Positions 49,269-62,385 of a stretch of 64,000 bases of DNA are shown piece after piece. Position numbers and translations under genes: made by a program. The stretch's first letter is position 1; each line of letters begins with the position of its first letter. This DNA is from Mobula hypostoma (taxonomy: Eukaryota). The stretch lies in the NCBI RefSeq assembly GCF_963921235.1, contig NC_086108.1, positions 5,208,001-5,272,000 on the forward strand, written 5' to 3'. Below the pieces are notes generated by a model. The model did not search any database. It was given only the letters and a program-made list of their open reading frames with translations, and was not told the origin of the DNA.

Positions 49269-51344
49269 CAGAAAGTGACCTTTCCTGACTGTGTTGGATT
49301 TGTAAGGTGAAAGGAAAGGAAAAAGAGGGTGATGGAGAAGGAGATGAGTGAGGGAGGAGGGAGCTAAGGAAGGGGACCAAAGGAAGGTCTCCTTCCCTAC
49401 CTCTGTCTTCCTCTTGTCTATCTATGGGGGTGGGATGGTAGCCTCACAGTTAGTACAGCACTAACGAAGCACTAGTGACCCGGGTTCAATTCCCGCTGCT
49501 GCCTGCAATTAGAATCCAGTTGAATATCACCGGCATATGGTTTGAAATTTGTTATGTGGCAGCAGTACATTGCAATACATAATATTAGAAAATAAACAGA
49601 TGCATATTAAATAGTCAAATCAAGTAAGCAGTACAAAAATAGAAATTTAAAAAAGTAGTGAGATAGTGTTCATGGGTTCAATGTTCATTCAGAAATCTGA
49701 TGGCAGAGGGGAAAAATCTGTTCCTGAATGGTTGAGTGTGTGTCTTCAGGCTCCTGTACCTCCTCCCTGACGGTAACAATGAGAAGAGGGCGTGTCCTTG
49801 GTCAAGGGGCAGGCGGGGGGTCCTTTATAATGGATGCTGCCTTTTTGAGGCATCGCTCCTTGAAGGTGTCCTGGATACCACAGAGGTCACTGCGTTTACA
49901 TCTGTCTGCAGCTTGTTTCGATCCTGTGCAGTAGTCTGACCATCCCGCCACCCTCCCATACCAGACCGTGATGCAGCCAGTCAGAATGCTCTCCACAGTA
50001 CATCTGTAGAAATCTGCAAAGGTTTCCTAAACATTTATTATCGAAGTATGTATGCAGTATACAACGCTTCCCCGCAGACAGCCACGAAACAAACACACAC
50101 CCTGGAATCATTCAAAGAAAAACATCAAACCACACCCCCACCCAACATGAAAAAAACAGATCGCACAAACAGCAAAAAAGAAGAAAGAAAACGAGTGAGA
50201 AACATCGAATATAAAATTGAAAATCAGTGCAGGTATATCCAGTGTTCAGTTCGTCTCAATCTAGCACTGCTGAATGAAGTAAAAAATGACCGGAGGAATT
50301 GTGCAAGAATCTTCAGCAGGATATGCTGACAGGGGACAGAACAGCAGCTTGCATTTCTGTAGCCGTTCAGCGCATCCTGAAGCATTTTACTGCCAGTGAA
50401 ATGACCAAGGATGGACTCCAGTCTACTGTAGGAACTTCCCTGCAGTTTAGTCACCCCAATGCAGTGCCGGCAGCCTCGGTTCAATTCCTGCCGCTGCCTG
50501 TAAGGAGTTTGTATGTTCTCCCCATGACCACGTGGGTTTCCTCCGGGTGCTCTGGTTTCCTCCCACAGTCCAAAGACCTGTGGGTTAGTAGGTCTCGGGT
50601 GTAATTAGGCGGTGTGGTTAGAAGGGCCTGTTACTGTCCTGTATCTCTAAATAAATAACGTTTATAGTAATTCTATGGAGAGTAATAGATACAGACTTTA
50701 AAGTGAGAAGACAGCAAGGTATTCATGAGGTTAAGAGTGTTGTCTGTGTGTGTGTTTGTGTCATGGTCTCTACACCAGATCGGGGCACCACTGTGGCGTA
50801 GCAGTTACTGTGATGCTATTATGGCTCGGCACTTTGGAGTTCAATTCCTCTGTAAGCAAGTTTTAACTTCCCATCCTGTGTGCACGTGATTTCCTCTGGG
50901 TGTTCCAGTTTTTTCCCACAATCCAAAGGGGTACCGGTTAAATGGACATTGTAAATTGTCCCTTGATTAGGCAGGGTTAAACTGGCGGGTTGCTGGGCAG
51001 GGCGAATAGAAGCTCTGATGGACCTGTCTGTCCATACTGTATCTCTAAATAAATAAATCCTGGTCTCCAATTTCTTTCACCCACAGTCCAACGTGCACTC
51101 CGATCAGATTCCTTCCTATAACTATATAACAATTACAGCATGGAAACAGGCCATCTTGGCCCTTCTAGTCCGTGCCAAATGCTTTCTCTCACCTAGTCCC
51201 ATCTTCTTCGGCCCTTTGCCTCTCACACCCAACACCTCCTAGCTTTCCCCTTCCCTACCCACTCATCTTCCCCCTCACCTATCACCTGCCAGCTGGTATA
51301 CCTCCCTCCACCTTTTTATTCTGGTTCCTGCCCCTCTTCCTTTC

Positions 51345-51382
51345 CAGCCCTGATGAGGGTTTACAGCCCGAAACGTCGACTG
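51345..51382 (+). ncRNA. Minimal hammerhead ribozyme motif in a PLE terminal fragment (51215-51470)
   Basis: cagcc-CTGATGA-gggt(ttaca)gccc-GAAAC-GTC-gactg: intact core, one mismatch in stem I. Confidence 0.7.
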
Positions 51383-51540
51383 TTTATTCCCCTCCGTTGA
51401 TGTCACTTGACCTCCAGCATTTTGCACGTGTCTGTCAGGATCTCCAGCAGCTGCAGAATCTCCTGTGTTTATGATCCAGTTGAAACAGCGAGCTGTTGGT
51501 CTCTGCTTTCATTGTTGCAGGTGTGATCTCTCTCCCTTGC

Positions 51541-51541
<1 letters not shown>

Positions 51542-51603
<62 letters not shown>
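51542..51603. repeat. (GA)n microsatellite
   Basis: Direct reading. Confidence 0.97.
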
Positions 51604-52879
51604 TGAACCTGTTTGAGACATCGAAGTGTTGGGATGTGGACTGTAGTTTTTGATGGACTCTAGGTTAAGGGCTCTTTGGGGGCTTTGCTGTTGCTGGTGT
51701 GGTGGGGGGAGAGGGTCAGTGCTTTTGCTGGAGCAAGTGGGGTGAGGGGGAAGGGGATTTTGATTTTTCTGTCGATCATTTTTTTTCCTGTTTTGTGGCT
51801 GTCTGTGAAGAGTAAGAATTTCAGATTATATACTGTGTACATTCTCTGATACGAAATGGAATCGTTTGATCCTGTACCACCTCACCTTTTGGAACAAGAC
51901 CTGCCTCGTTTATCCTGAGCATGCAACGGTTGAACGGATCTGCGTACAGATACCACCCACCGTCCTCTCTGAGGCGGATCAGAATCGTCCCCAGCAACGA
52001 AGAAGGGGCAGGCAGACCTGTGTGCTAAATGCTCAGCTTGTATTTTTTTCTGTACTTGTTTTAAGTTCCAACCCCACTGAATATACAGGGTCTAAAATGT
52101 CCCTGTGCTGAGAAATAGATACATTGGTTTTGGTTGGTTCAATGGGGGAGATCAGTGGAGACATTGGAGATACCTGTACTTGCAATGTAATATTGCTAAT
52201 GAAAGATTAATTGCCTCACCCATCAGACTGAAAGCGAGCCTCATTAGTAATTGCTCTACTCGGTGTCAACTAGGGAAGTGGGAGGGAAAATATGAGCAAA
52301 AAGGTGTCACCCATCATTACGGGCCCCATCACCCAGTCCATCGGGTGGGGTGCAGGAGCCTGAAACACACACTCAGCGATTCAGGAACAGCTTCTTCCCC
52401 TCTGCCATCCGATTTCTGAATGGACATTGAACCCATGAACACTACCTCACTACTTTTTATTTCCTATTTTTTCACTACATTTTTAATTAAACTATTTAAT
52501 ATATATACAATTGCTGTAATTCACAGTTTTCTCTCTATTATCATGTATTACATTGGACAGCTGCTGCAAAGTTAACAGATTTCCCGACATATGCCGGTGA
52601 TATTAAACCTGATTCCGATTCTGTCGGCGGTTCAGCGCACGTTAACACTTTCACCTCCTGGGTTGGGGGGTAGTGTGGGGGGGGGTGAGGGAAGGCTGAC
52701 ACTATAATATTAAGGGCTAGCGCTAACAATATTATCTGTGACTGGATGTGCTATCGTTCGTATATATGGTGTGTGTGACTGTCTGTACTGTGTTTGCACC
52801 TTGACCCCCGGCAGAACACAGTTTCGTTTAGCTGTAGACACGGGTATTAAACTTGAACTTGATGGGACATCGACTAGTA

Positions 52880-54080
52880 AACAGTCTCAAGAGATTCTGC
52901 AGATACTGAAAATCTTGAGTAACACACACACAGACAGACACACACACACACAAAATACTGGAAGAACTCAGCAGGTTAGGCAGCCTCTGTGGAAATGAAT
53001 AAACAGTGGATATTTCGGGACTGGAGAGGAGGGGGGGCAGACACCAGAATACGGAAGTGGAGGGAGGGGGAGGAGCACAAGCTGTCGGGTGATAGGTCAG
53101 ACCAGGTGAGGGGGAGGGTAGGGGAGTGGGTATGAAGTAAGAAGCTGGGAGGTGATAGGTGGAAGAGGGAAGGGGCTGAACAAGAAGGAATCTGATAGGA
53201 CAGAGGAGAGTGGACTATCTAAAAAGACACTGCAGACTGTAACTTGGAAACAGCGAGCTCTTGGCCTCCCCACTCACTGTGGAGGGAATGTTACCTCCGT
53301 GAGAGGGGAAGTCTGTGGGATGTCAGACTGTGGTTTCTGATGGCCTCTAGATCATGGTCTCTTTGGGGGCTTTGCTGTTGCTTGGGTGGAGTTGGGGGGG
53401 TTAATGCCTTTGCTGGAGCAAGTGTGGGAAGGGGCGAGGGGGGAAGGTTGATGCTGCTGCTTGTGCATGGGAGGGGGAGGGGGCCTTGGGGTTCAACATT
53501 TTCATGTTATCATTCTTTGGGGTTTTTCTGTTTTGTGGATGTCTGTGAAGAGTAAGAATTTCGGGTTGTATATTATATACAGTCTCTGATATTGAATGGA
53601 ACCATCGAACCATAGGAAACTGGGAAGGTGGTGGAGAACCGGACAGAGGTCTGGACAGGTGAGAAGAGAAGGGGGTGAGAGGGTAGCCAGAATGGGAAAT
53701 GGGGAAAATAGAGGAGGTGGGAAAGTGGGGAAATTACCAGAAGTTAGAGAGATTGATGTTCCTGCTGTCAGGTTGGAGGCTGCCCAGGTGGAATATGAGG
53801 TGTTGCTCCTCTGTTCTGAGTGAGGCCTCATCGTGACGGTAGAGAAGGCCGTGACTACAACATTTCAGCATGGGAAGGCAAATTGAAATGGAAGACCATC
53901 TCCCCCCCCCGGGGAAATCCTGCCGTTTGTAGTGGGCAGAGTGAAGGTGATCAGTGAAGTGGTTCCCGTCAATCTACATTTGGCCTCACCGACGTAGAGG
54001 GGGCCGCGCTGTGTGCATCAGGAACAGTAGATGAGCCTGCGAGACTCGCATGTGACGTGTCACCTCACCTGGAAGGACTG
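52880..54080 (-). mobile_element. Penelope-like element 3' portion, interrupted by another repeat (~53215-53605)
   Basis: PLE tail and G-rich region at 52880-53213; GIY-YIG remnant reverse-complemented at ~53735-54080. Confidence 0.7.
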
Positions 54081-55986
54081 CGTGAAGCTGAGCTTTGCGT
54101 GTCTGGCCTTGGCTTTGAGGTCAGACGGACAGAGCTACCGCCCGCGTGTGTTTGGATGAGAGTCCCGTGGGTCAGTCCAACTCCCCCGTTGTGCAAAGCC
54201 TCTCGCACGGGTAGGGTTCTCATCTTGGGTCTGCAGGCCTACGTCTGTGCCTGCTGCAGGCTTGGCCTGGGGCGAAGAGACTATGTATGTGGATGGAGGG
54301 ATGGACGAGAGGGAGGGAGGGAGGAGTGGTACTTGCTTTTCTGTTGTTGTCGTCTGCGTTTTCCTGCTGATCGTCGTGGCCACGTTATATTGGCGCCGGA
54401 ATGTGCGGAGACACTTGCGGGCTGCCCCAGCACACTCTCGGGTGCGCTGGCTGTCGCATTTCACTGTATATTTCGATGTGCATGTGACAAATAAACTTGA
54501 GTCTTGACCTTGAACACTATACTGGGGCAAATCTTGAATGAAACCCTGAGGTTTGAGACCATCTTGCGTGCGGCTCGTTACCAGTGTCTGTATACTCTGG
54601 TCTCTCCTGCACGTTGTCAACCCAAGAGTCGCTTTGTCCCCAGTGGCCTGACCGACGCACTTAGTTTCAAGGACTCTTCATCTCATGTTCTTGATGTTGA
54701 TTGCTTATTTATTTATTTATCTTTTTCTTTTTTCTTTTTGTATTTGCAGTTTTTTACCTTTCGCATATTAGCTGGTTGTCCATCCTGTTGGCAATATATC
54801 TACTTTGGTAATAAATTTACTTCGAACTTTGACCTCTGTAGAGGCACACAGATCGGAGACAGCCCCGTTAAGACTGTGCAGGCCGCTAGGTCCCTGTCCA
54901 CACTCAGCCCCCTACCTCTCCCACCTAATACCACCATGCTTCTCATTTCATCACCCCTTCCCTACCCACCGCTTTCCCCCCTCACCTGGTCTCACCTATC
55001 ACCTGGCAGCTTGTACACCTCCCGCCTTCCGATGCTGGTGTCTGCCCTCCTTCCTCAGTCTTGATGAAGGGACTCGGCCCGAAATGTCAACTGTTTATTC
55101 TCCTCCAAAGATGCAGCCTGACCTGCTGAGATCCTGTGGTATTTTGTGTGTTGCTCAGGATGTTTGAAGTGGCAGAGGTTGAGGGCGGTGACGATTAGCT
55201 TTATATGTCTCGCGTACATTGAAACATATGGTGAAATGTGTCATTTACATCAGCGATGTGCTGGGGAACAGCCCGCACCAACAAAGCGGGCCCACAACTT
55301 ACTAATCCTAACCGGTGCGTCTTTGGACGGTGGGAGGAGACCGGAGCACCCAGAGGAAACCCACACGGTCACGGGGAGAACGTACAAACCCCTTACAGAC
55401 AGCTGTTGGAATTGAACCCGGGTCGTACAGCTGACCTGTAAAGTGTTACACCAGCCGCTACGCCACCATTGTAAACAAAGTATATAAAATTCAACGATTC
55501 AAAGCACATTCATTATCAAAGTACATACACGGAATGCAACTCTGAGATTTGTCTTCCCGCAGGCAGCCACGAAACAATAAAACACCGTGGAACCTGTTCA
55601 AGCAAACAGCAAACACCCAGAGCGCCAAAAAGAACAAATTGCGCGAATGGCAAAAAGCAATCAGATAACAGAGAATATCGAACGTCAAAACAGGAGTCCA
55701 GTTCAGTTCAGTGCCGCTAGTCGACTGCAGGCTGCAGGGCAAAGCGTTCTTCGCAGTCTGCATTGATCAAACCGCCCAAACACAGCAAAAATTCGGTAAC
55801 CAGAATCCAGAAACACGTGCACTATAACCTTCAGGGTCCACAGCCTTGTAACGTGGATCCCAGGACTCCTGCACTTGCCTCCAATAGCAGCAAACATGAG
55901 GGAGAGGAAGACAGGTCAAATGCAGATAAATGGTGCTGAATACCCACCCGTCTTCTGCTCTCGTCCTCATCGACTTCAAACTTGCT

Positions 55987-56128
55987 CAACGTCTCAATCG
56001 GAGAGAAGCAAAGGAGTCGATCACGGTCTCGCACCCTCGACATCTCAATCGGAGAGAAGCAAAGGAGTCGATCACGGTCTCGTACCCTCAACATCTCAAT
56101 CGGAGAGAAGCAAAGGAGTCGATCACGA
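55987..56128. repeat. 51-bp tandem repeat, ~3 copies
   Basis: tctcaatcggagagaagcaaaggagtcgatcacg three times; appears as 17-aa repeats in the ORF track. Confidence 0.9.
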
Positions 56129-56574
56129 GCTCTAGGCCTCAGGCTGCATGCTCCGCTCCGAGCCTCACCAAACTCCCTTGGAGACAGCAAAGTGTCAAAT
56201 CACTCCATCGGCCCAAAACCACACCATCAAAATGTAAATCACAGGTTCCAACTGCGTGCGGTTTAGAACTTGAATCGTATTTGAAAGAAGTAAATAAGTA
56301 GTTTTGTGAGCTGTCAGCAGGACGTTGTCACTGGTCGCGGTGCTGTTCGCCCTACCAGCTTGAAGAATGTGAGAGACACAGAGTAGGGAGCTGGTGTCTT
56401 TTCCCAGGAATGAAATGTCAAGTATTTGAGGTGATAGAGAACACATTTAAATGAAATGTGCAGGGCAAGCTTTTTTTTCTGACACAGAGTGATGGGCTGC
56501 CGGGGTGAAAGTGTTCAAGGAACTTTGTTTAGATGGACGCATGAACGTGTGAGGAATGGGGAGATGTATGTCAT

Positions 56575-57010
56575 GTGAGCAGCTCTGGGCCCCTTGTCTA
56601 GGAAAGGATGCGCTGTCATTGGAGAGGGGCCAGAGGAGGTTCACGATAATGATCCCAGGAATGAAAGGAATATTTGGTGGCTCTGGGCCTGTACTCACTG
56701 GGGTTTGGAAAAATGAGGCATCTCATTGAAACCCAATGAATATTGAAAGTTCTGGATGGAGTGAATGTGGAGAGGACGTTTCCTATAGTGGGGGAGTCTA
56801 GGACCAGAGGACACAGCCTCAGAATAGAGGGTTGTCCATGAAACAGAGATGAGGAGGAATTTCTTTAGCCAGAGCTAAAGGGTCTGTGAATCTGTGGAAT
56901 TCATTGTCTCAGACAGCTGTGGAGACCAAGTCACTGGGTATATTTAAAGAGGAGTTTGATAGGTTCTTGATTAACCAAGGGTTCAAAGGTTATGGGAAGG
57001 AGGCAGAGAA
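56575..57010 (+). mobile_element. CR1 LINE 3' fragment of the subfamily matching the 61-bp array
   Basis: Contains gtggagaggacgtttcctatagtgggggagtctaggaccagaggacacagcctc. Confidence 0.8.
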
Positions 57011-58643
57011 TATTGTATCATTTCTTAATGCATGCATTACTAAATGACAATAAAAGAGGACTGCGTGTCCTCATAATCTTAAAGAAAAGGGACGAGAGGG
57101 GTCACAGTAGACAGCACAACAGTTTACAGTACCAGGATAACAGAGACGAGAGGGGTCACAGACAGAACAACGCTTTACAGTACCAGGAGAAGGGGACGAG
57201 AGGGATAACAGACAGCACAACACTTTACAGTACCAAGAGAACAGGGACAAAAGGGGTCACAGTAGTTGGCACAACTTTAGAGTATCAGCAACCCAAGTTC
57301 AATTCCCACCACTGCCTGTAAGGAGTTTGTAAGTTCTCCCCATGACTGCCTGGGTTTTCTCCGGGTGCTCCAGTTTCCTCCCACAGTCTAAAGATGTACC
57401 CGTTGGGAGGTTAATTGGTCATATTGTAGGTTTTCCTATGATTAGGCTAGGATTAAATCGGGGGATTCACAGGTGGATAGGGTAGTTAAGAAAGCTTATG
57501 GGGTGTTAGCTGCTGCCTGTGAGAAGTTTGTACGCTCTCCCCGTGATTGCGTGTGTTTCCTCTGGGTGCTCTGGTTTCCTCCCACAGTCCAAAGATGTAC
57601 CAGTTGCGTGATTAGGCTAGGGTTAAATAGGGGATTGCTGGGTGGTGCAGTTGAAGGGCCTATCCCACAGTGCATATAGATAGATCAATAGACACAAAGA
57701 CAAGCCAGCCACGATGGAATGGCGGAACAGTCTCGATGGACTGTATGGCCTGATTATGGTCTTGTGTGCAGGCAGAAGAGACATAATTTAATTTGGCATC
57801 ACGATTGACACACCTTTGTGGGCGGAAGAGGTTTCATATAATTGGGCATCAGGTTCAGCAGACTTTTGTGGGCCGAAGGACCTGATCCTGTGGTGTGTCG
57901 GTGGTTAGATCCAAATCCGTAGTCACATCGCGGGCCGCAGCATGCCGCACTGGCTGATAACCACCACCAGAGCTGGAAAGACACACCCTATTGGACCTGT
58001 GCTCCCAGAATTCATCAGCAGCTCAAGTGGGAAGTTAAAGTTCAGGGTTTGTTTTTGATAGGTAAGTATGTTCTGCAATTGAAGGCAGGGGTGGGGGGTG
58101 GAAGAGGGTGATGTTCCTTATTTCGACATCTGATGGAACTGTGTGTGTAATGCATTATGTACAAGGATGGCAAATTCTGCATTAGTTTTCAGAATCAGGT
58201 TTATTATCACATGTTGTGGAATTTATTGCTCTTTTTATTGAGATACAATGTGGAATATGCCCCTTCTGCACCTTTGAGCCAGACTACCCAGCAAACCTCC
58301 CCGAACCAACTCAACCTGAACCTGATCGCGGGACAGTTTACAATGACTGATTAACCTCCCGACCGGTACGTCTTTGGACTGTGAGAGGAAACCCAGGGAG
58401 AACGTACAAACTCCTTACCGGCAGTGGTGGGAATTGAACCCTGGTCGCCTGCACAGTAAAGTGTTGGGCTGACTACTAAACCACTGCGCTGCATTCTCCT
58501 GCCTTCTCCCCATAACCTTTGACGCCGATGGATAATTGAGGGATCACAAATGAGCAGGAATTTGTTCAGCCTGAAGGTGGTGAATCTTTGGAATTTATTG
58601 CCACAGATGGCTGTGGACACCAGGCCATTGGGTATATTTTTAA

Positions 58644-58773
58644 CACAGAATACTCTGCAGATGCTGGGGTCAAAGCAACACTCTCAAGGAAACCTTCAAG
58701 GGTTCCGGCCGGAAACGTCAACTGATTGTTTCCATGGATGCTGCCCGACCTGCTGAGTTCCTCCAGCGTGTTG
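58644..58773 (-). mobile_element. 130-bp inverted Penelope-like insertion with a 15-bp TSD, inside a CR1 fragment
   Basis: TSD tgggtatatttttaa at 58629-58643 and 58774-58788. Confidence 0.8.
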
Positions 58774-60227
58774 TGGGTATATTTTTAAAGCAGAGGTCCA
58801 TAGGTTCTTGATTAGTCAGGGCGTCAAAGGTTACGGGGAGATGGCAGGAGAATGGGGTTGAGAGGGATGGTAGATCAGCTTGTTGAAATGGTGGAGTAGA
58901 CTCGATGGACCGAATGGCCTAATTCTGCTCCTATTTTCTATGGTCTTTTAATGCTTGGCCAGTCAGTAATCGTTACTGATTCCGTTCTCGTGCTTGCATC
59001 GAGCTGGTGTCTCCCCTTGTTTGGCTCAGAGCCGTTTTGACTTGGGTGTCCTTGGTGATAACACCTTTGGGCTGTTGTAGAACTGGGAGGGGAAGGTGTC
59101 AAGGCGGATTGGGCTTGGCAGGAAGCTGGATAATCCTCAGAGGGAGGGAGGGCAGTAGATAACATCGGTCGGGAACAAACAGTGGGAGGGGCACACATGT
59201 AGCCAAAGGCTACTGACACATAGCGGTGCAGATAGTTTCAGCTACTGAGAGATGGGTGTGGATGGTGGTGGGAGTGTAGTTTCCAATCATAGGGGACAGT
59301 TGGGTGTGGAGACGTATTTTCCCACGCCAACCCACCCTCCACCCCCTCCACAGATGTACTATATAATCTGTTTTATGTATTTATATTTATTGTGCCTTTT
59401 AAAATAATTGTGTTCCTTATCTAACTGTGTTTTTATTTCTGCTGAATCTGACCTGGAATAGCAATGATTTTGTTCTCCTCTACACGTATACTGGAAATTA
59501 AATTGAACAACCTTGAATCTTTCTGAGCTAACATGTTTAGAAACTCTTTGTGGGATTGGAGACTCAACTGAATTGTGTTTTAGCACCAAATAAAATACAG
59601 TGAGACATAGGAGCAGAAGTAGGCTGTTCATCTTGCTTCGCCATTCCATTTATCAGCCTTCTCAACCCCATTCCCTTCCCTTCTCCCCGTAACCTTTGAT
59701 TCCTTATCTAATCAAGAACCTATCAACCTCCACTTTAAATGTACTCAACAACTTGGCTTCCATAGCAGTCTATGGCAAAGAATTCTACAGATTCGCCACC
59801 CCCAGGTAAGGAAATTCCTTTACATCTCTGTTCTAAAGAGACATTCTTCTATTCTGAGATGTGGCCTCAGGCCCCAGTCTACCCCACTATAGGAAACATC
59901 CTCTCCATGTCCACTATATCTAGGCTATTCAGTATTCAAAAGGGCTTTCAATATTTGATGGGCTCCCTCGGCCCTTCAGTGGGCGATATGTTATACACAG
60001 AAACACCTCTTCATCCACAGAGCCCAGCTTGATAGTATTCAAACCAACTTTTCAGAAATGTGGAAAGAGCCGATACAGACACAAACCCCCCGGGACGTCC
60101 TGAAAGAGCTTCATTGATGGACATTCCACATAATCCTTTATTCAATGTTGTCTTATTAGTAGTTTTTAAATTGCCAATTTTTGTCTTAGTATGATGTTAT
60201 TTTGCTAAACCAAAGCTGAGACTTGTA

Positions 60228-60265
60228 TCATCTATCTCTCACACTCTCTCTCTCACACTCACTCA

Positions 60266-60352
<87 letters not shown>

Positions 60353-60366
60353 TCACTCACTCACAC
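60228..60366. repeat. Compound (CT)n(CA)n microsatellite
   Basis: Direct reading. Confidence 0.95.
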
Positions 60367-60751
60367 GCTTGACACTTGGGGCCGCGTGAGGAGGAACCCA
60401 GCAACAGAAAGTAAAGCAAAGTTGTTCTGGGTACTGGTTTATGGTTCTCACATATTTGGCCATTTACCCCCTCGAGACCATTCAGCCATTCAATCATGGC
60501 TAACCTATTTTCCCTCTCCTGCCTTCTCCCTGTAACCTTTGACGCCCTGACTAAGCGGCAGGCAGTAGCTTTGTGGTCAGCGCGTCGCTTTACAACGCCA
60601 GCGACCACTGATTGGAGTTTGATTCCTGCCACCTGCGAGGAATTTGTACGTTCTCCCTGTGAATGGAGGGGTTTCCTCCTGGTGCTCTGATATCCTCCCA
60701 CCTTCCAAATACTTACAGGTTAGGGGCATGTGGGCAGTTATGGACATGTTA

Positions 60752-61269
60752 CACCACTGTGCAAAAGTCTTAGGTACATATATAGCTGGGGTGCCTAGAC
60801 CTTTGCACAGTACTGCAGTAATTTTATGTATTGCACTGTACAGCTGCCACAAATAAAAACAAATTTCATGACGTATGTGAGCGATGATAAACCTGATTCT
60901 GATCTGGGTCTCTATTGTGGACTGAGAGTGGGAAGGGGGACAGGGAGAGGGGAGTCATGGTTGGGAAAAGGGGAAGGGAGAGGGGAGGGAGTGGGAAGCA
61001 TCAGAGAGACATTCTGTAATGATCAATAAACCAGTTGTTTGGAATCAAATTATCTTGCCTGGTATCTAAGGGCTGGGTGTGTCTGCACCCACACCACCCT
61101 GCCCCTGGCACTCTTCCTGTCCCACACCCCTCCCGCGGTGCTCCACCCTCACCATTCCCAACATCCTTTGCTCCCGCCAGATTTACGGACTCATTCTCCG
61201 CTCCGCTGTGCAGTAGTCCGAGGCACCATAGATATATGTGTGTGTGCCTAAGACTTTTACACATTACGG
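60752..61269. mobile_element. Non-autonomous Tc1-type composite element inserted at a TA in a SINE
   Basis: TA at 60750-60751 and 61270-61271. Outer TIRs ctgtgcaaaagtcttaggtac / gtgcctaagacttttacaca. The flanks rejoin into the SINE body. Confidence 0.72.
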
Positions 61270-62385
61270 TATGTTGGTGGAGGAAGTGTGGTGATACTAG
61301 TACGTTAACCGCAGCTCAATCCTCACTGGTTTGACACCAACGACACACTTCACTGTATATTTTGATATTTCAGTGTGCGTGTGACATATAAAGCTAATCG
61401 AATCCTGAATCAAGAATCCAGCGACCTCCGCTTTAGATATATGCAGGGAGATGTATGGATGGCGGGGTGGAGGTACGTCTCTACCAAAGGAAGTGTAAGG
61501 CGCTCGCTCCTTCCCTCTGCTAGCCTGTAGATCACCCTTGGGCAAGTCCCCCTCCCCCCGCAAATCAGGGTCAAGTGAAGCCATGGGAGCAGGTGGTGGA
61601 TGGTCGTACGAGCAGCCAGTGCAGATCACAACTCCTGGTTATGTGACCACTGACACCGGAGAGACAATCTCTGTAGAGTATTGATAATGGCTGGGGTCAC
61701 CCATCTTGTAAAGACACTGCCCAGAATAAGACAATGGCAAACCACATCTACAGGAAAACTTGCCAAGAACAATCACGGTCATGGAAAGACCATGATCACC
61801 CATGTCATACAACACGGCACACAATGAACAGACAAAATAGTCATAGAGCATTACAGCACAGAAACAGGCCCTTCAGCCCATCTATCTGTGCTGAACGGTC
61901 ATTCTGCCAAGTCCCATTGACCTTAGCCCTTCATACTCCTCCATCCATGTACCTGTCCAAATTGAAACCGGGCATGCTTCCACCACCTTTACATCGAAGG
62001 GCCTGTTCCTGCTCAGTGCTCTCTGCAATCCACAGACTGAATTGCTCCTGGACTGGTAGCTGTGCCTTCAGTTGCTAGGATCGGGGTTGCAGAATTCCCT
62101 CCTTGATCACCCCCTCGCCATTCGTTACATCCATTCTCACTGAGCTCTCGGCTGTTCCGCTGACACCTCGTGCATGTCCGAGTGGATCCCTCTTGGGTAA
62201 TAGCTGCTGCTGGACATGGGAACTCCTTTCTACATCCCTCCCCCTCCACCCTCCTACCTCTCTCTGGCCAAGCACCCCTCTTTATTTCTGGAGCCCACCA
62301 ACCCCAGGTTACAGGGAAGTCCCTGACTGCTGTCTGCCTAGACAGAGTCAGAATCAAAGGTTTATTTAATATCAGAGAATGTATA

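Noticed and set aside
51886..52017. 132-bp minus-strand exon candidate (cag|...aag|gtgagg) with one open frame
   Set aside because: Weak polypyrimidine tract, no recognisable protein, no partner exons.
55056..55093. Additional hammerhead copy
   Set aside because: Core mutated (TTGATGA, GAAAT) and stem I mismatched; treated as decayed.
58938..59219. 93-aa minus-strand ORF in unique sequence
   Set aside because: No recognisable domain or splice support.
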